Shown here: positions 11,770 to 22,659 of the stretch, in pieces
Numbering within the stretch: the stretch's first letter is position 1
How the letters are laid out: each line of letters opens with the position of its first letter
Assembly (NCBI GenBank): GCA_963847445.1
Contig: CAWJZV010000030.1
Span: 480,001-544,000 of the forward strand
Source of the DNA: an uncultured delta proteobacterium
GTDB lineage: Bacteria > Desulfobacterota > Binatia > UBA9968
Length of the DNA: 64,000 nucleotides
Reading direction: 5' to 3'
Position numbers and translations under genes: made by a program
Notes under the pieces: generated by a model
Told to the model about the DNA's origin: nothing
What the model saw: only the letters and a program-made list of their open reading frames with translations
The model's database searches: none

Positions 11770-12351
11770 TCAATATCCTCGATCGGCGCCTGAGCGGCGC
11801 GCCAATATCCACTCGGCGGCTAATTTTAGATTGTCGAAAACCGGTTGAATGAGAAACATCGTCGACGAGAACCTGTTCGCCGTTGCTGCGCACTAAGACA
11901 GGCGTGGCCCCCACCCGCAGGGCGAGCTCACGATCGACATTCTGATCGCCCACCACGTAGGATCGCTTGGGCGCCAAGGCCAGATCGTTGGCGGCGCGGT
12001 GAATCATCCCTGGATTCGGTTTACGGCAATCGCAGGCCAGCCGATAGCCGTCGATGCCCTCGCTCGGATGATGCGGGCAATAATAGATCGCGTCCAACAG
12101 CGCTCCCTGCTGCGCCAGCCGTCTAGTAGCAGCCGATGAATTTGCTTTAACCCCGCTTCGCTGAGCCAGCCGCGCGCCACTGCCGACTGATTGGTCACCA
12201 CCACGGTCTTGAAACCGCCATCACGCAAGGCGCGGATCGCCGCCGGTACGCCGTCCAGCAGTTCGATCTGATCGGGACGGCAAAGATAGCCGACTTCACG
12301 AATCAACGTGCCGTCACGGTCGAGAAATATCGCCGGTTGGAGTTTCGCCAA
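11770..12351 (-). CDS. gmhB: D-glycero-D-manno-heptose-1,7-bisphosphate phosphatase, split by indels
   Basis: FLDRDGTL, VTNQSAVARG, YYCPHHP...CDCRKP.PGM, VGD. Confidence 0.9.
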
Positions 12352-12352
12352 G

Positions 12353-13455
12353 TCATGATTCCCGGCAATGCGCTTGACGAATCCTGGCGGCCAGCGCCGA
12401 CACCAGTCGATCGCCGCCGGCGACATCCATGCCAACCCTGAGCGCCAGCAGTTTATCGCGCGCGAAGGGAAAGCGAATCAACTTGAGAATATCTTTCTCG
12501 GTGGTCACGATCAAATCGACCAACCGCGCCATCCGGCTAATCTCCTGCCAGTCCTTGGCGCTGTAAACATGGTGATCGGGAAACTCCAAGGTATGGACGA
12601 TTTGCCCTTCCCACTCATGGATCGTCTGGTAAAAATTATCTGGATTGGCGATCCCGGTGACCGTCAGGATCTTGCTATGATGCAGCACGGTCAGCGGATA
12701 GTGCTTCCAGCGGCGGGCATCGTAAGTGATCAGATCCAAGGGTTGCAACGTACCGGTAAAAACCGCGCTGGAACGATCAGGCGGCAAGTAACGGCGCCAT
12801 TGCGCCTCCGCCCCGGTGACCAGCCAAAAATCGCCACGCTGCAAGTTGCGCCGCGGTTCACGAAACGGACCGGCCGGCAGCACGACACCGGAACAGTCGC
12901 TGCCGAGAAGCACTAGATCGACATCGCGTTTGACATGACGATGCTGGAAGCCATCGTCGAGGATAAACGCATCGATCATCTCGTCGCGGCGCAACAATTC
13001 CTCGCGCCGATTGCACGCGGTCCGCGCCGACACCCACGGTCTGGTCGTAGAGACGCGCCATCATCAAAGGTTCGTCGCCAGCCTGCGCCAGCTCGTGCCT
13101 CGTTTTGCGCCATATCGCCGCTCAGTTTGCACGGTTGCAAGATCACCGGCTGAGTTTCCTTGCGCCGGTAGCCCCGGCTCAGGATCGCCACTTTCAGGCC
13201 TTGACGGCGCAATTCACCGGCGAGCCAAAGACAGGTCGGCGTCTTGCCGGTGCCGCCGACCGTCAGGTTGCCGATGCTGATCACCGGCCTGGGCAGGCGA
13301 ACCGACTTAATCCATCCCCGAGTGAAAAAGCACATTGCGCAGTTGAACAACCACGGAATAACCGATCGACGCCGGCCATAATAGGATTCCCAGCAGCTTG
13401 CCAGCGAAACCCCTCCGCTCCCACACCCCGCGCACCGTCCGACTAGCCATAGCAC
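12353..13455 (-). CDS. lpxK: Tetraacyldisaccharide 4'-kinase, split by indels
   Basis: [46 protein letters not shown]. Confidence 0.92.
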
Positions 13456-13482
13456 GCTAAATCGAGTGCTCCATTTATCTTG

Positions 13483-14788
13483 CTATATTATCCAACCGGC
13501 GCCGCGCGCCACTAGCGAGTCTGACAAATAACGCGCCGCCAGGGCGTAGTTATTCGTTGAACCGCGCCATCGCCATTGGCCGAAGCCGCCAGCGGCTAGC
13601 CGTCCCATGGCGATGCGCTTGGCATCGTCCGATAACAAATTCGCCAAAGCGGCGGACAAGGCATCGCCATCGGCGACTTCGACGGCGGCGCCTTGAGCTT
13701 TGAACTGCTCGGCAACCGCCTGCATATTGGCCATGTAGGGTCCGAAGAGTATCGCTTTGCCGGACCGCGCCGGTTCGAGGATATTGTGGCCGCCGACATC
13801 GACCAGACTGCCGCCGACAAACGCGACATCGCCCACATGCAAAAAAATCACTGAGCTCGCCGACCGTATCGAGAAGCAAAATGTCCGTTGCAAATAACCG
13901 ATCATCCGCGGCGACACTGCGGCGGCACCAGCTAAAGCCGCTACCTCGCAAGAGCGCCTCAACTTCGGCAAACCGCTCGGGATGGCGCGGTGCCAAGACC
14001 ATCGACAGCTCGGGAAAGCGTGGCCGTAGCGCGGCGAAACTTGCCAGCAGCATCTGCTCTTCGCCCGCATGGGTGCTGCCGGCGATCAGAAGTTTCTTGC
14101 CGTGCCGCGGCACGTCGGTGAATCGCGACGACTGGGGCGCCGCTCCGGCCCATTTGAGACTGCCGACCACCGACACCTTATTGGCATCGGCGCCAAGTCT
14201 AACGATCCGCGCCGCGTCTTCGCCGGTCTGCATGCCAATGGCGGCGAACCGCCGCACCACCTGGCGAAAAAAACCGCGGAATCTTTCGTAACGAGGCAAG
14301 GACCGTGCCGACAAGCGGCCGCTCACTAGAACCGTCGGGATGCCGCGGCGAAAGCATTCTCTCAACAAGTTGGGCCAGATCTCGGTCTCGACGAAAAGCA
14401 TCAATGACGGGTTCCACTGGGTCAAGGCACGCCTGACGGTCCAGCAAAAATCCAAGGGTAAATAAATCACCGCATCGACCCCGGCAAACTTCTGCGCGGT
14501 TTCATTACCGGTGGCGGTGAACGTCGAGAGCACGATGCGCCGCTGGGGATGGCGATTTTTCAACTCGCGCACCAGGGCGGTGACCGAACCCACTTCGCCC
14601 ACCGACGAGGCATGGATCCACACCGGCCTGGCTGCCGCCACGGCGCGCAGCTGGGCATGCGGGAAATAACCCAAGCGCTGGGCCAGTCCCGCGCTGAATC
14701 GCTTACCGATTAATTGCAGCAATGGCGTAAACGGCAAGATCAGCAAAAACACCATGGTGAGAAGGATATTATAGCCGAGAAACCACAT
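13483..14788 (-). CDS. waaA: Kdo transferase, split by indel(s)
   Basis: WIHASSVGE, ETEIWPN, GSTHAGEE, APRHPERF, FVGGSL..GGHNILEP. Confidence 0.95.
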
Positions 14789-14803
14789 GAACCCGCCGGC
14801 TTC

Positions 14804-16586
14804 CTAGTGCACCAATTCGACTTCGTTCACTGGGCGATTTTCGAGTAATTGCAGCGAGTACAGCCGGCTGTATTCGCTATCCCGCGCCATCAACTCGTCA
14901 TGGGTGCCCTGTTCGGCGATCGCGCCGTCGACCATGACGACGATTCGGTCGGCCTTGCGAATCGTCGACAACCGATGGGCGATGACGATCGTCGTCCGCG
15001 TGCTCATCAGAGTCTCCAACGCTTCCTGAACCGAACGTTCGGAATCGGCATCCAAGGACGAAGTCGCTTCGTCGAGGATCAGGATCGGCGCATCCTTCAA
15101 TAGCGCCCGCGCGATCGCGATGCGTTGGCGCTGTCCGCCGGAGAGCTGCAAGCCCATTTCGCCGATCTCCGAATCATAACCGTTGGGCATCGCGGCGATG
15201 AACTCGTGGGCATGAGCCGCCTTGGCGGCGGCGATGATCGCCGTCCATATCGCGCTCGGGATCGCCGTAGGCGATATTGTTACGAATGCTATCGTTGAAC
15301 AAGAAAGTGTGCTGGGTGACGATGCCGATTTGCCCGCGCAGTGATTGCACGGTGAGCTCGCGAACATCCACGCCGTCGAGCAGAATGCGGCCGGAGTTGA
15401 CGTCGTAGAAGCGCGGGATCAAGTCGACCAGGGTGCTTTTACCGACGCCGCTCATGCCCACCAGGGCGACCATTTGGCCGGCTTCGACGGTCAGATCGAT
15501 ATTTTTCAGCACCGGCGTTTCGCCATAGGCGAAGCTGACATGTTGCAGATCGATTTTGCCCGAGAACGGTTTGGCGGGCTGGGCTCCCGGCTTGTCGCTA
15601 ATCTCCGGTCTCTCGTCGAGTATTTCGAAGACCCGTTCGGCGCCCGCAAGTCCCTGATGAACCGCCGTGTAAGTGCGGCTCAGCCCTTTGAAAGGCGCGT
15701 ACATCAAAAACATCGCCGCCATGAAAGCAAAGAATTCGCCTTGCGTGCGCCCGCCGCCGATGACGCTCCAACCGCCGTACCAAACCACGCCGCCGATGCC
15801 GAACGAGGCTAACAGCTCCATCGACGGCGCAACGATTGACTTGATCCGGCTGGCGCGCAGCGACTCTTTGAACAGCCGCCAGTTCTCCGCCATGAAGCGC
15901 CGGTCTTCGTAATCTTCCATGCCGAAAGCTTTGACGATGCGGTTGCCCTGAATGCTCTCTTGCAACAGCACGGTGAGCCTGCCGGTGCTCACTTGCCCGC
16001 GCTTGGTAAATTTTTTGATGTTCCGGCTCAGTCGGATGATCGGCAGCACGGAGGCGGGAAATACGAAAAAGGCGATGGACGCGAGCACCCAATCCTTGAG
16101 GAACGCGACCGTGACCAGAGCGATCAGCGACGTGGTATCTTTTAGAAACGATGCCAACGCATCGGTGATCGCGAAGCGCAGCAAGACGACGTCGCTGTTG
16201 ACCCGGGCGATCAGCGTTCCGGTGGGATGGCGGTAGAAAAACGACAGCGACAGCGATTGGAAGTGGCGATTGAGCGCATTGCGCACATCGTTGATGATGC
16301 GCAGGCCGACATAGTCGGTAAGATAGCTTTGACCAAAGTTCATCAAGCCGCGAAACGCGAACAGACCGATCACCAGAAAAGGAATTAAGTTCAGCATGGC
16401 TTGATCGCGCTTGCCGAACACATCGTCCATGATCGGCTGGACCAGAAATGGAATCGAACCATCGGTGGCGCCGAACGCCACCATACAAATCATCGCCAAA
16501 ACGAAATAGGGCCAGATATACGGCTTTAAGAACTGCAACAAACGGCGGTAGGTTTTCATTGAATTGGATCGTTCGGTTTTTTTCAT
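14804..16586 (-). CDS. msbA: Lipid A export ABC transporter, one indel
   Basis: TM domain, Walker [34 protein letters not shown]; lies between lpxB and waaA. Confidence 0.92.
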
Positions 16587-17716
16587 GCCATCATACCGAT
16601 TGCTATCGCCGCCACGCGGTCGGCGGCGCCCGGCGCGCCCAAGCGCTCGCGCAGGCGGGTAAGTTCTTCGACGATGCCGGCGCGCAATTTGTCGTCGGTT
16701 AACAACCGGCGGCTTTCGGCGATGAGCCGCTGCGGATTGACGTCGCCCTGGATCAGCTCCGGCACCAAACGCTTGCCGGCAATCAGATTGACCATGCCGA
16801 TATGCTCAACCCGGACCAGGAGCCGGGCAATCCAATAAGTGAGCCAGGACATGCGGTAGATGATCACCATGGGCCGAGTCAGGAGCGCGGTTTCGAGAGT
16901 CGCCGTGCCCGACGCCGTCCAAACCAGGTCAGCCGCCCGCACCGCGTCATAGCGATCCTGTTCGACGACGGGAATTTTGCTGTCGCCAATCATCGCCGTC
17001 AAATCGCCGGCATCGATGGTGCTCGCGCGCAGACAAAAGAATTGAACATTGTCGCGGGCGCGCATCTGTGCCGCGGCCGCCAGCATCACCGGCAGATGAC
17101 GGCTGACCTCGCCATGGCGGCTGCCGGGCAACAGGGCGACGGTTTTTTGAGTTGGATCGAGGCCGTGATGCGCCAGGACCGTATCCCGGCTTTGACTCGT
17201 GGTGACCGTCTCTAACAACGGATGGCCGACAAACTCCACGTCAACGCCATGGCGCCGGTAAAAATCCACTTCAAAGGGAAACACCACCGCCATCCGGTCG
17301 ACCGATTTGGCGATCTGGCGCACCCGCCCGCGGCGCCAAGCCCAAATTTGCGGACTGATGTAATAGAGCACGGGAATTCGCAGAGCTTTCGCGACTCGCG
17401 CCAGCCGCAGGTTAAAGTCGGGAAAATCGATGAGGATCAGTAGGTCGGGCCGTCGCTGTTTGAGCGCGCCGCGCAGCAGTTGGTAGGCCCGCCAAATATT
17501 TTTCACGTTGCCGGCGAGCTCCACTAGCCCCATACCGGTCAGTTTCGCTACGTTAAAAAGCGCCTCGAAATCGGTTTTCTGCAGTTGTTCGCCGGCGACG
17601 CCGAATATCTTGAGCTGGGCATCCCGGCGATGCAAGGCATTCACCAGATTAGCTCCATGAACATCGCCGGATGCTTCGCCAACCACCAGCATGACCTGCT
17701 TCGTTTGCTTAGCCAC
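16583..17716 (-). CDS. lpxB: Lipid-A-disaccharide synthase
   Basis: GEASGD, IDFPDFN, YISPQIWAWR, FVGHPL, LLPGSR, SGTATLE. Confidence 0.97.
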   Translation of the reverse strand: MAKQTKQVMLVVGEASGDVHGANLVNALHRRDAQLKIFGVAGEQLQKTDFEALFNVAKLTGMGLVELAGNVKNIWRAYQLLRGALKQRRPDLLILIDFPDFNLRLARVAKALRIPVLYYISPQIWAWRRGRVRQIAKSVDRMAVVFPFEVDFYRRHGVDVEFVGHPLLETVTTSQSRDTVLAHHGLDPTQKTVALLPGSRHGEVSRHLPVMLAAAAQMRARDNVQFFCLRASTIDAGDLTAMIGDSKIPVVEQDRYDAVRAADLVWTASGTATLETALLTRPMVIIYRMSWLTYWIARLLVRVEHIGMVNLIAGKRLVPELIQGDVNPQRLIAESRRLLTDDKLRAGIVEELTRLRERLGAPGAADRVAAIAIGMMA

Positions 17717-18669
17717 GCGCAGGTTGAGTCGAAAGATTGGCCAGCTGAGCGCTGATCGTCGAGGCGATTTCCAAAGCCCGCAGCCCTTCCGTGCCACCGA
17801 CCAAGGGCGGCGTTCGCGTGCGCACACAATCGAGAAAGGAATCGATCTCGTCGGCTAGGGCGTCGCCATCCTTGATCTCGATATTCTCAGCGCGGATGTC
17901 GAGCCAGCCGGCGCCCGGCTTGGGCTTATGATAAATCTGCGCGCGCCGTTGATCGTAGTCGATGGAGATATAGGCGTCGGGTTGGAAAAAGCGCACCTTG
18001 CGTTCGCGCTTGATCGACACCCGGCTGGCGGTGACATTGGCGATGCAACCGTTCTCAAAGGTGATGCGGGCATTGGCGATGTCGGGCATTTCGGTCAACA
18101 CTGGCACCCCCACCGACTCGACCCGCACGAATCGGCGAGCGCACCAAACTAGTGATGACGTCGATGTCGTGGATCATCAGATCCAAAACCACGTCGACAT
18201 CGGTGCCGCGCTCGATGAACGGCGCCAAGCGGTGACATTCGACAAACTTCGGATCCTTGATGATGCCTTCGAGGCGGCGAATCGCCGGATTGAACCGTTC
18301 CAAATGGCCGACTTGCAGTAACGCTCCCTTGGCCGCCGCCAACGCGACCAGCTCCTTGGCCTGGGCCAAATCCGCCGTCAAAGGTTTTTCCACCAGCACA
18401 TCGATGCCAGCATCGAGAAAATCACGGGCAACCTGGTGATGATAGCGCGTCGGCACGGCGATACTGGCACAGCGAATCCGGCCAAACAGTTCGCGATAGT
18501 CGGTAAACGCTGGCGCGCCCACCGACTGGCCGATCTCCCGCGCGCGATCGCCGTCGACATCGACTACGCCGATAAGCTGCGCCTTTTCCGACGACGCATA
18601 CTTTTCGGCGTGGAACTTGCCGAGATAGCCGACGCCGACCACCGCTACGGGTAATATTTCTGACGACAT
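17709..18669 (-). CDS. Gfo/Idh/MocA oxidoreductase, GnnA-like (UDP-GlcNAc 3-dehydrogenase), one indel
   Basis: VGVGYLGKFH, LVEKP, GHLERFNPA, DVVLDLMIHDID, ANVTASRVS; located between lpxA/lpxI and lpxB. Confidence 0.8.
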
Positions 18670-18682
18670 TTTTCAGTGTTAC

Positions 18683-19498
18683 TTAGGCGGCGACCGCGAC
18701 GACGGCGATGCCCGAGGCGTCCGCTTCGCGCAGCAATTCATCCTTTTCGATCAAGATCGCCTTGCCCGCCTCGATGGCGAGCACGGCGCCGCCGACCTGG
18801 CGAAGCGCCCTGATCGTTTCGACACCGACGGCCGGCACATCGAAGCGCAAATCCTGCGTTGGCTTACTGACCTTGACGACGACACAGCCGGACTTGGCCA
18901 ATTGGCCGCCGCGCTGAATCGCCGCGTCGGTGCCTTCCACCGCTTCCACCGCGACGATCACCTGATTCTTGACCACCACCGTCTGGCCGATTCCCAAGCG
19001 GCCGATTTCCTTCGCCATACGAATGCCCATGGCAATATCTTGCCATTGCGCGGCGTTGGGCGCCCGGCGCGTCAGAACCCCTTCCTGCGGGATGATACTG
19101 GACAAACAGAAAGTCGAGTCGATGATCCTTATGCCGTCGCTGGCCAGTTCATCGGCGATACCGCGCAAGAGCGCGTCGTCGTCGCGGCTTTTGATCTTGG
19201 TAAGAAATCGCGCGCCGCGCAGATCCGGGCGAAAGTTGCCCAGCAGTCTGACCTTGCGAATGCCGCCGGCCATCACCGCCTCGGTCACGCCGGCTTTCTG
19301 AAAAGTCCGGATAATCTTGCCCAACTGGCCGACATAGATCCAAGTGAACTCGTCGACGCGTTTTTCCAGCGCCGCGTCGGTCTCCTCCCGGTGCGCCAGT
19401 GCCACCACCGAGTAGCCCTGACGCTTCGCTTCCTCGGCAAAGATCAATGGCAACTTGCCGTTACCGGCAATTAAACCGATCTTGCCGATCTTGTTCAT
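18683..19498 (-). CDS. lpxI: UDP-2,3-diacylglucosamine pyrophosphatase
   Basis: GLIAGNGKLP, IGQTVVV, AVEAVEGTD, KP.QDLRFDVP. Confidence 0.95.
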   Translation of the reverse strand: MNKIGKIGLIAGNGKLPLIFAEEAKRQGYSVVALAHREETDAALEKRVDEFTWIYVGQLGKIIRTFQKAGVTEAVMAGGIRKVRLLGNFRPDLRGARFLTKIKSRDDDALLRGIADELASDGIRIIDSTFCLSSIIPQEGVLTRRAPNAAQWQDIAMGIRMAKEIGRLGIGQTVVVKNQVIVAVEAVEGTDAAIQRGGQLAKSGCVVVKVSKPTQDLRFDVPAVGVETIRALRQVGGAVLAIEAGKAILIEKDELLREADASGIAVVAVAA

Positions 19499-19584
19499 CG
19501 CTGTGGATTGGTAAGAAGCTGCGGCACGGTTGAAAAAGCAAGTTTGGGTTATTCATGCTCGCAAGAACCAAAGACAGAGTGTCT

Positions 19585-19802
19585 ATCGAGGTGGAACCCC
19601 AGCTGAAAAGTCGAGCGAAGGCATCGGCGCCAAATGTTTCACCGTCATGCTCGGCGCTGGGCAAGAGGTATGACCTTTTCACAGGTGGTTTCACAGCAGA
19701 TCGCTTCACTTGCCTCATCAAGGCAAAGCTGCGCAGAGCTGCTTTGCCTTCGCGCCGGAAGAGTTTCGCCTCGATCGCCGCTGCACCACGAATAATCCTG
19801 GC
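19585..19802 (+). repeat. ~210-nt long-hairpin element, copy 2
   Basis: Shares GAAGGCATCGGCGCCAAATGTTTCA, GGTGGTTTCACAGCAGAT, GCTTTGCCTTCGC and CACCACGAATAATCC with 8411-8635. Confidence 0.75.
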
Positions 19803-19813
19803 GGGCGAGCGCG

Positions 19814-20590
19814 CTAACGGCACACGCCGCGTTCGGAAGCGGCGATAAAAGTTGCAAACTGCTCGATCTCCGGTAGCGCCGGCAACTCACTGCGGATTTT
19901 CTCCAAGGCCGCGGGAATCTTGAGTTTGGAACGAAACACAATGCGGTAGGCTTTGTGGATCGCGTCGATCTTCGCTTTGTCAAAACCGCGCCGCTTCATC
20001 CCTTCGATGTTGAGGCCATGCAATCTGGCGCGGTCGCCGGTGGCATTGCAAAATGGCGGCACATCTTTGGAAACCATCGAGCCCGCGCCGAGAATCGCCC
20101 CGCTGCCGATGCGAACAAACTGATGGATTCCGACCAAACCGCCGACGATGACATTATCCTCGATCGTCACATGGCCGCCGAGAGTGGCGCCATTGGCGAT
20201 GACATTACGATTGCCGACAATGCAATCATGGGCGATATGGCAATACATCATGAGCAGGTTATGATTCCCCACCCGGGTGATCATGCCGCCGCCGACCGTG
20301 CCGGGATTGAGCGACGCGAACTCGCGAATCTGGTTGTCGTTGCCAATCACCAGCTCGCTCGGTTCGCCTTGGTACTTTAAATCCTGAGGAATCGTCCCGA
20401 CGGTGGCGAATGGGAAAATAACGTTACCCCGCCCAATCGTCGTTAACCCGTCGATCACAGCATGGGATTGAATCTTCGTTCCCTCGGCGATTTTGACCTG
20501 AGCGCCGACCACGACATAGGGACCGATCTCAACGTCACTCGCCAGCTCGGCATGCGGATCGACGACCGCGGTGGAATGAATCTTAGCCAA
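19814..20590 (-). CDS. lpxA: Acyl-ACP--UDP-GlcNAc O-acyltransferase
   Basis: IHSTAVVDP, hexapeptide repeats, PQDLKY.GE, HIAHDC, HQFVRIG, GLNIEG. Confidence 0.97.
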   Translation of the reverse strand: MAKIHSTAVVDPHAELASDVEIGPYVVVGAQVKIAEGTKIQSHAVIDGLTTIGRGNVIFPFATVGTIPQDLKYQGEPSELVIGNDNQIREFASLNPGTVGGGMITRVGNHNLLMMYCHIAHDCIVGNRNVIANGATLGGHVTIEDNVIVGGLVGIHQFVRIGSGAILGAGSMVSKDVPPFCNATGDRARLHGLNIEGMKRRGFDKAKIDAIHKAYRIVFRSKLKIPAALEKIRSELPALPEIEQFATFIAASERGVCR

Positions 20591-20604
20591 TTGCGCCGAC
20601 CGCC

Positions 20605-21049
20605 CTACGCCATTGCAACTTCCATGGCTGAGATCAGCGCTTGCGCCGCCACCTTGCCATCCACGCTGGCGACACCTTGCATTTTCCAATAGGCGCCACG
20701 GCGCTTTTCGACAGGTCAGCTCGATGCGCAACTGATCGCCGGGTACCACCGGGCGCTTGAACTTGACTTGATCGAGGCCGGTCAGCATAAAAATCCGCTT
20801 ATCATTCATGCCGCCGCGGGTATTATGAGCGAAGATCGCGCCGACCTGCGCCATCGCCTCACAAATCAACACCCCCGGCATGACCGGATGATCCGGGAAA
20901 TGGCCCTGAAAAAATGGTTCGTTGAATGAAACGTTTTTGATGCCGACGATGCGCTCCGCGCCCTCGATTTCAACGATCCGGTCGACCAAGAGAAACGGAT
21001 ATCGATGCGGCAAATAGTTGAGGATTTCCTTAGCATCCAATGTAAGCAA
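20605..21049 (-). CDS. fabZ: 3-hydroxyacyl-ACP dehydratase, one indel near 20705
   Basis: [43 protein letters not shown]; the true C-terminus (..[27 protein letters not shown]) is in the shifted frame. Confidence 0.95.
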
Positions 21050-21058
21050 TGGCGTTCC

Positions 21059-22069
21059 CTACCTTTTTAGCAGTTGGGAAATTTGCCGCTCCATGGCGCG
21101 AACCGAAGCCCAGAGCTTGGGCAGTTGCGGCAACAGGGTCATGACTTTGAGCCACTCATGGTGCGGCGCCGCGGCGATACCGCCGGACAAAATCACCCCA
21201 GGCGGCACCGACTTTGGAATGCCTGACTGCGGACCGATCATCGCACCGTCGCCGATTTCCACATGATTGACGATGCCCACCTGGCCGGCGATCGTCACAT
21301 TCTTGCCAACCTTCGTACTGCCGGCGATACCGGCCTGCGCTGCGACGACGGAATGTTCGCCGATAATTACGTTGTGGGCGATCTGCACGAGATTATCGAT
21401 CTTAGCACCGCGCCGAATCACGGTCTGACCCAAAGTTGCACGATCGACCGTGGTGTTAGCGCCAATCTCGACATCGTCCTCGATCACGACAATGCCCACT
21501 TGCGGAATCTTGACCCGACTCTCGCCCCGGCCGGCATAGCCAAAGCCGTCACTGCCAATCACCACCCCGGCGTGAAGTATCACCCGGTCGCCGATGCGGC
21601 AACCGTCTCTGACCGCGACATTGGGATGAAGCATGCAGTCCCTACCGATCTCGACATCGGCACCGACAAAAACTCCCGGATAGAGCACGGAATTGTCACC
21701 GACTTTGGCGCGTGCGCCGACAAACGCATGGGGGAAAACCGTGACTCCGGCACCGATGACCGACGATGGATCGATGCTCGATTGCGGACTACAAGTTTGC
21801 GCCAGCGCAAGCGCCGGCGCAAACAGCTGAAGAATCTTGGCGAAGGCGATGTAGGGATCCGCGGCTTCGAGAAACGACATCGGCGACCGTCCGGCAAGCG
21901 CCGCGGCGCTACCGTTGCCGACGATCACCGCGCTGGCGCGGCAGCGATCCAAGTATTTGGCGTAACGGGGGTTAGTTAGAAATGTGATCTCACCGTCCGT
22001 CGCTTCGTCTATCGGTGCCACTCGGCGAATGGCCACGTCACCATCGCCGATCACCTTACCGCCGACCAA
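21059..22069 (-). CDS. lpxD: UDP-3-O-acylglucosamine N-acyltransferase
   Basis: [36 protein letters not shown]. Confidence 0.97.
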   Translation of the reverse strand: MVGGKVIGDGDVAIRRVAPIDEATDGEITFLTNPRYAKYLDRCRASAVIVGNGSAAALAGRSPMSFLEAADPYIAFAKILQLFAPALALAQTCSPQSSIDPSSVIGAGVTVFPHAFVGARAKVGDNSVLYPGVFVGADVEIGRDCMLHPNVAVRDGCRIGDRVILHAGVVIGSDGFGYAGRGESRVKIPQVGIVVIEDDVEIGANTTVDRATLGQTVIRRGAKIDNLVQIAHNVIIGEHSVVAAQAGIAGSTKVGKNVTIAGQVGIVNHVEIGDGAMIGPQSGIPKSVPPGVILSGGIAAAPHHEWLKVMTLLPQLPKLWASVRAMERQISQLLKR

Positions 22070-22106
22070 CGGCTGCCAATGCCGTTAAAGTTCTCTCCAG
22101 GGACAC

Positions 22107-22616
22107 TTATTTTTTTGCCCGGCTATTGAAGGTCTCGATCACTTTGGTGGTGATATCGACGCCTTGATCGGCGAAAAGAATCTGCGAACGATCGAGAATC
22201 AGGGTAAACTTTTCGGCTTTGCCAAATTCGTTGACCACCCCTTCGAGTTCTTTGAGAATATCCTGCATCATCTCGCGTTCTTTCAACTGAATTTCCTGCT
22301 GTAGATCGGTCATGGTGCGCTGCAACATGACCGATCGTTTCTGGAAATCGCTTTCGAGGTTGCGCCGCTCCTCCTCTTTGAGCAACGGCCCTTTCTTATC
22401 GAGATCGTTACGTATGCGCTCAAGCTCCTGACGCTCTCTAAGCGTATCCGCCTCGGCTTTCTTGACCTGTGTCTGCAAGCGATCACCGGCACGTTTTCCG
22501 GCGGCGGACTCTGAGACCACGCGTCGCACGTCGATAAAACCGATTTTCATCCGATCCTGCGCCCAACCCGGCACCCAAGATAGAGCTAGTAGTAACAGCA
22601 CGAGCCAATATTTCAC
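22107..22616 (-). CDS. skp: Periplasmic chaperone OmpH/Skp
   Basis: Signal peptide, KIGFID, coiled coil, DITTKVI; between bamA and lpxD. Confidence 0.9.
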   Translation of the reverse strand: MKYWLVLLLLALSWVPGWAQDRMKIGFIDVRRVVSESAAGKRAGDRLQTQVKKAEADTLRERQELERIRNDLDKKGPLLKEEERRNLESDFQKRSVMLQRTMTDLQQEIQLKEREMMQDILKELEGVVNEFGKAEKFTLILDRSQILFADQGVDITTKVIETFNSRAKK

Positions 22617-22659
22617 TCAAAACCTCCAGTCAATTTTGTGATGGCAAAGAAGCAAACGG

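Noticed and set aside
19814-21049. Apparent FabZ-LpxA fusion protein (411 aa)
   Set aside because: The normal FabZ C-terminus and stop (20605) are present in a shifted frame, so one indel near 20705 explains the fusion.
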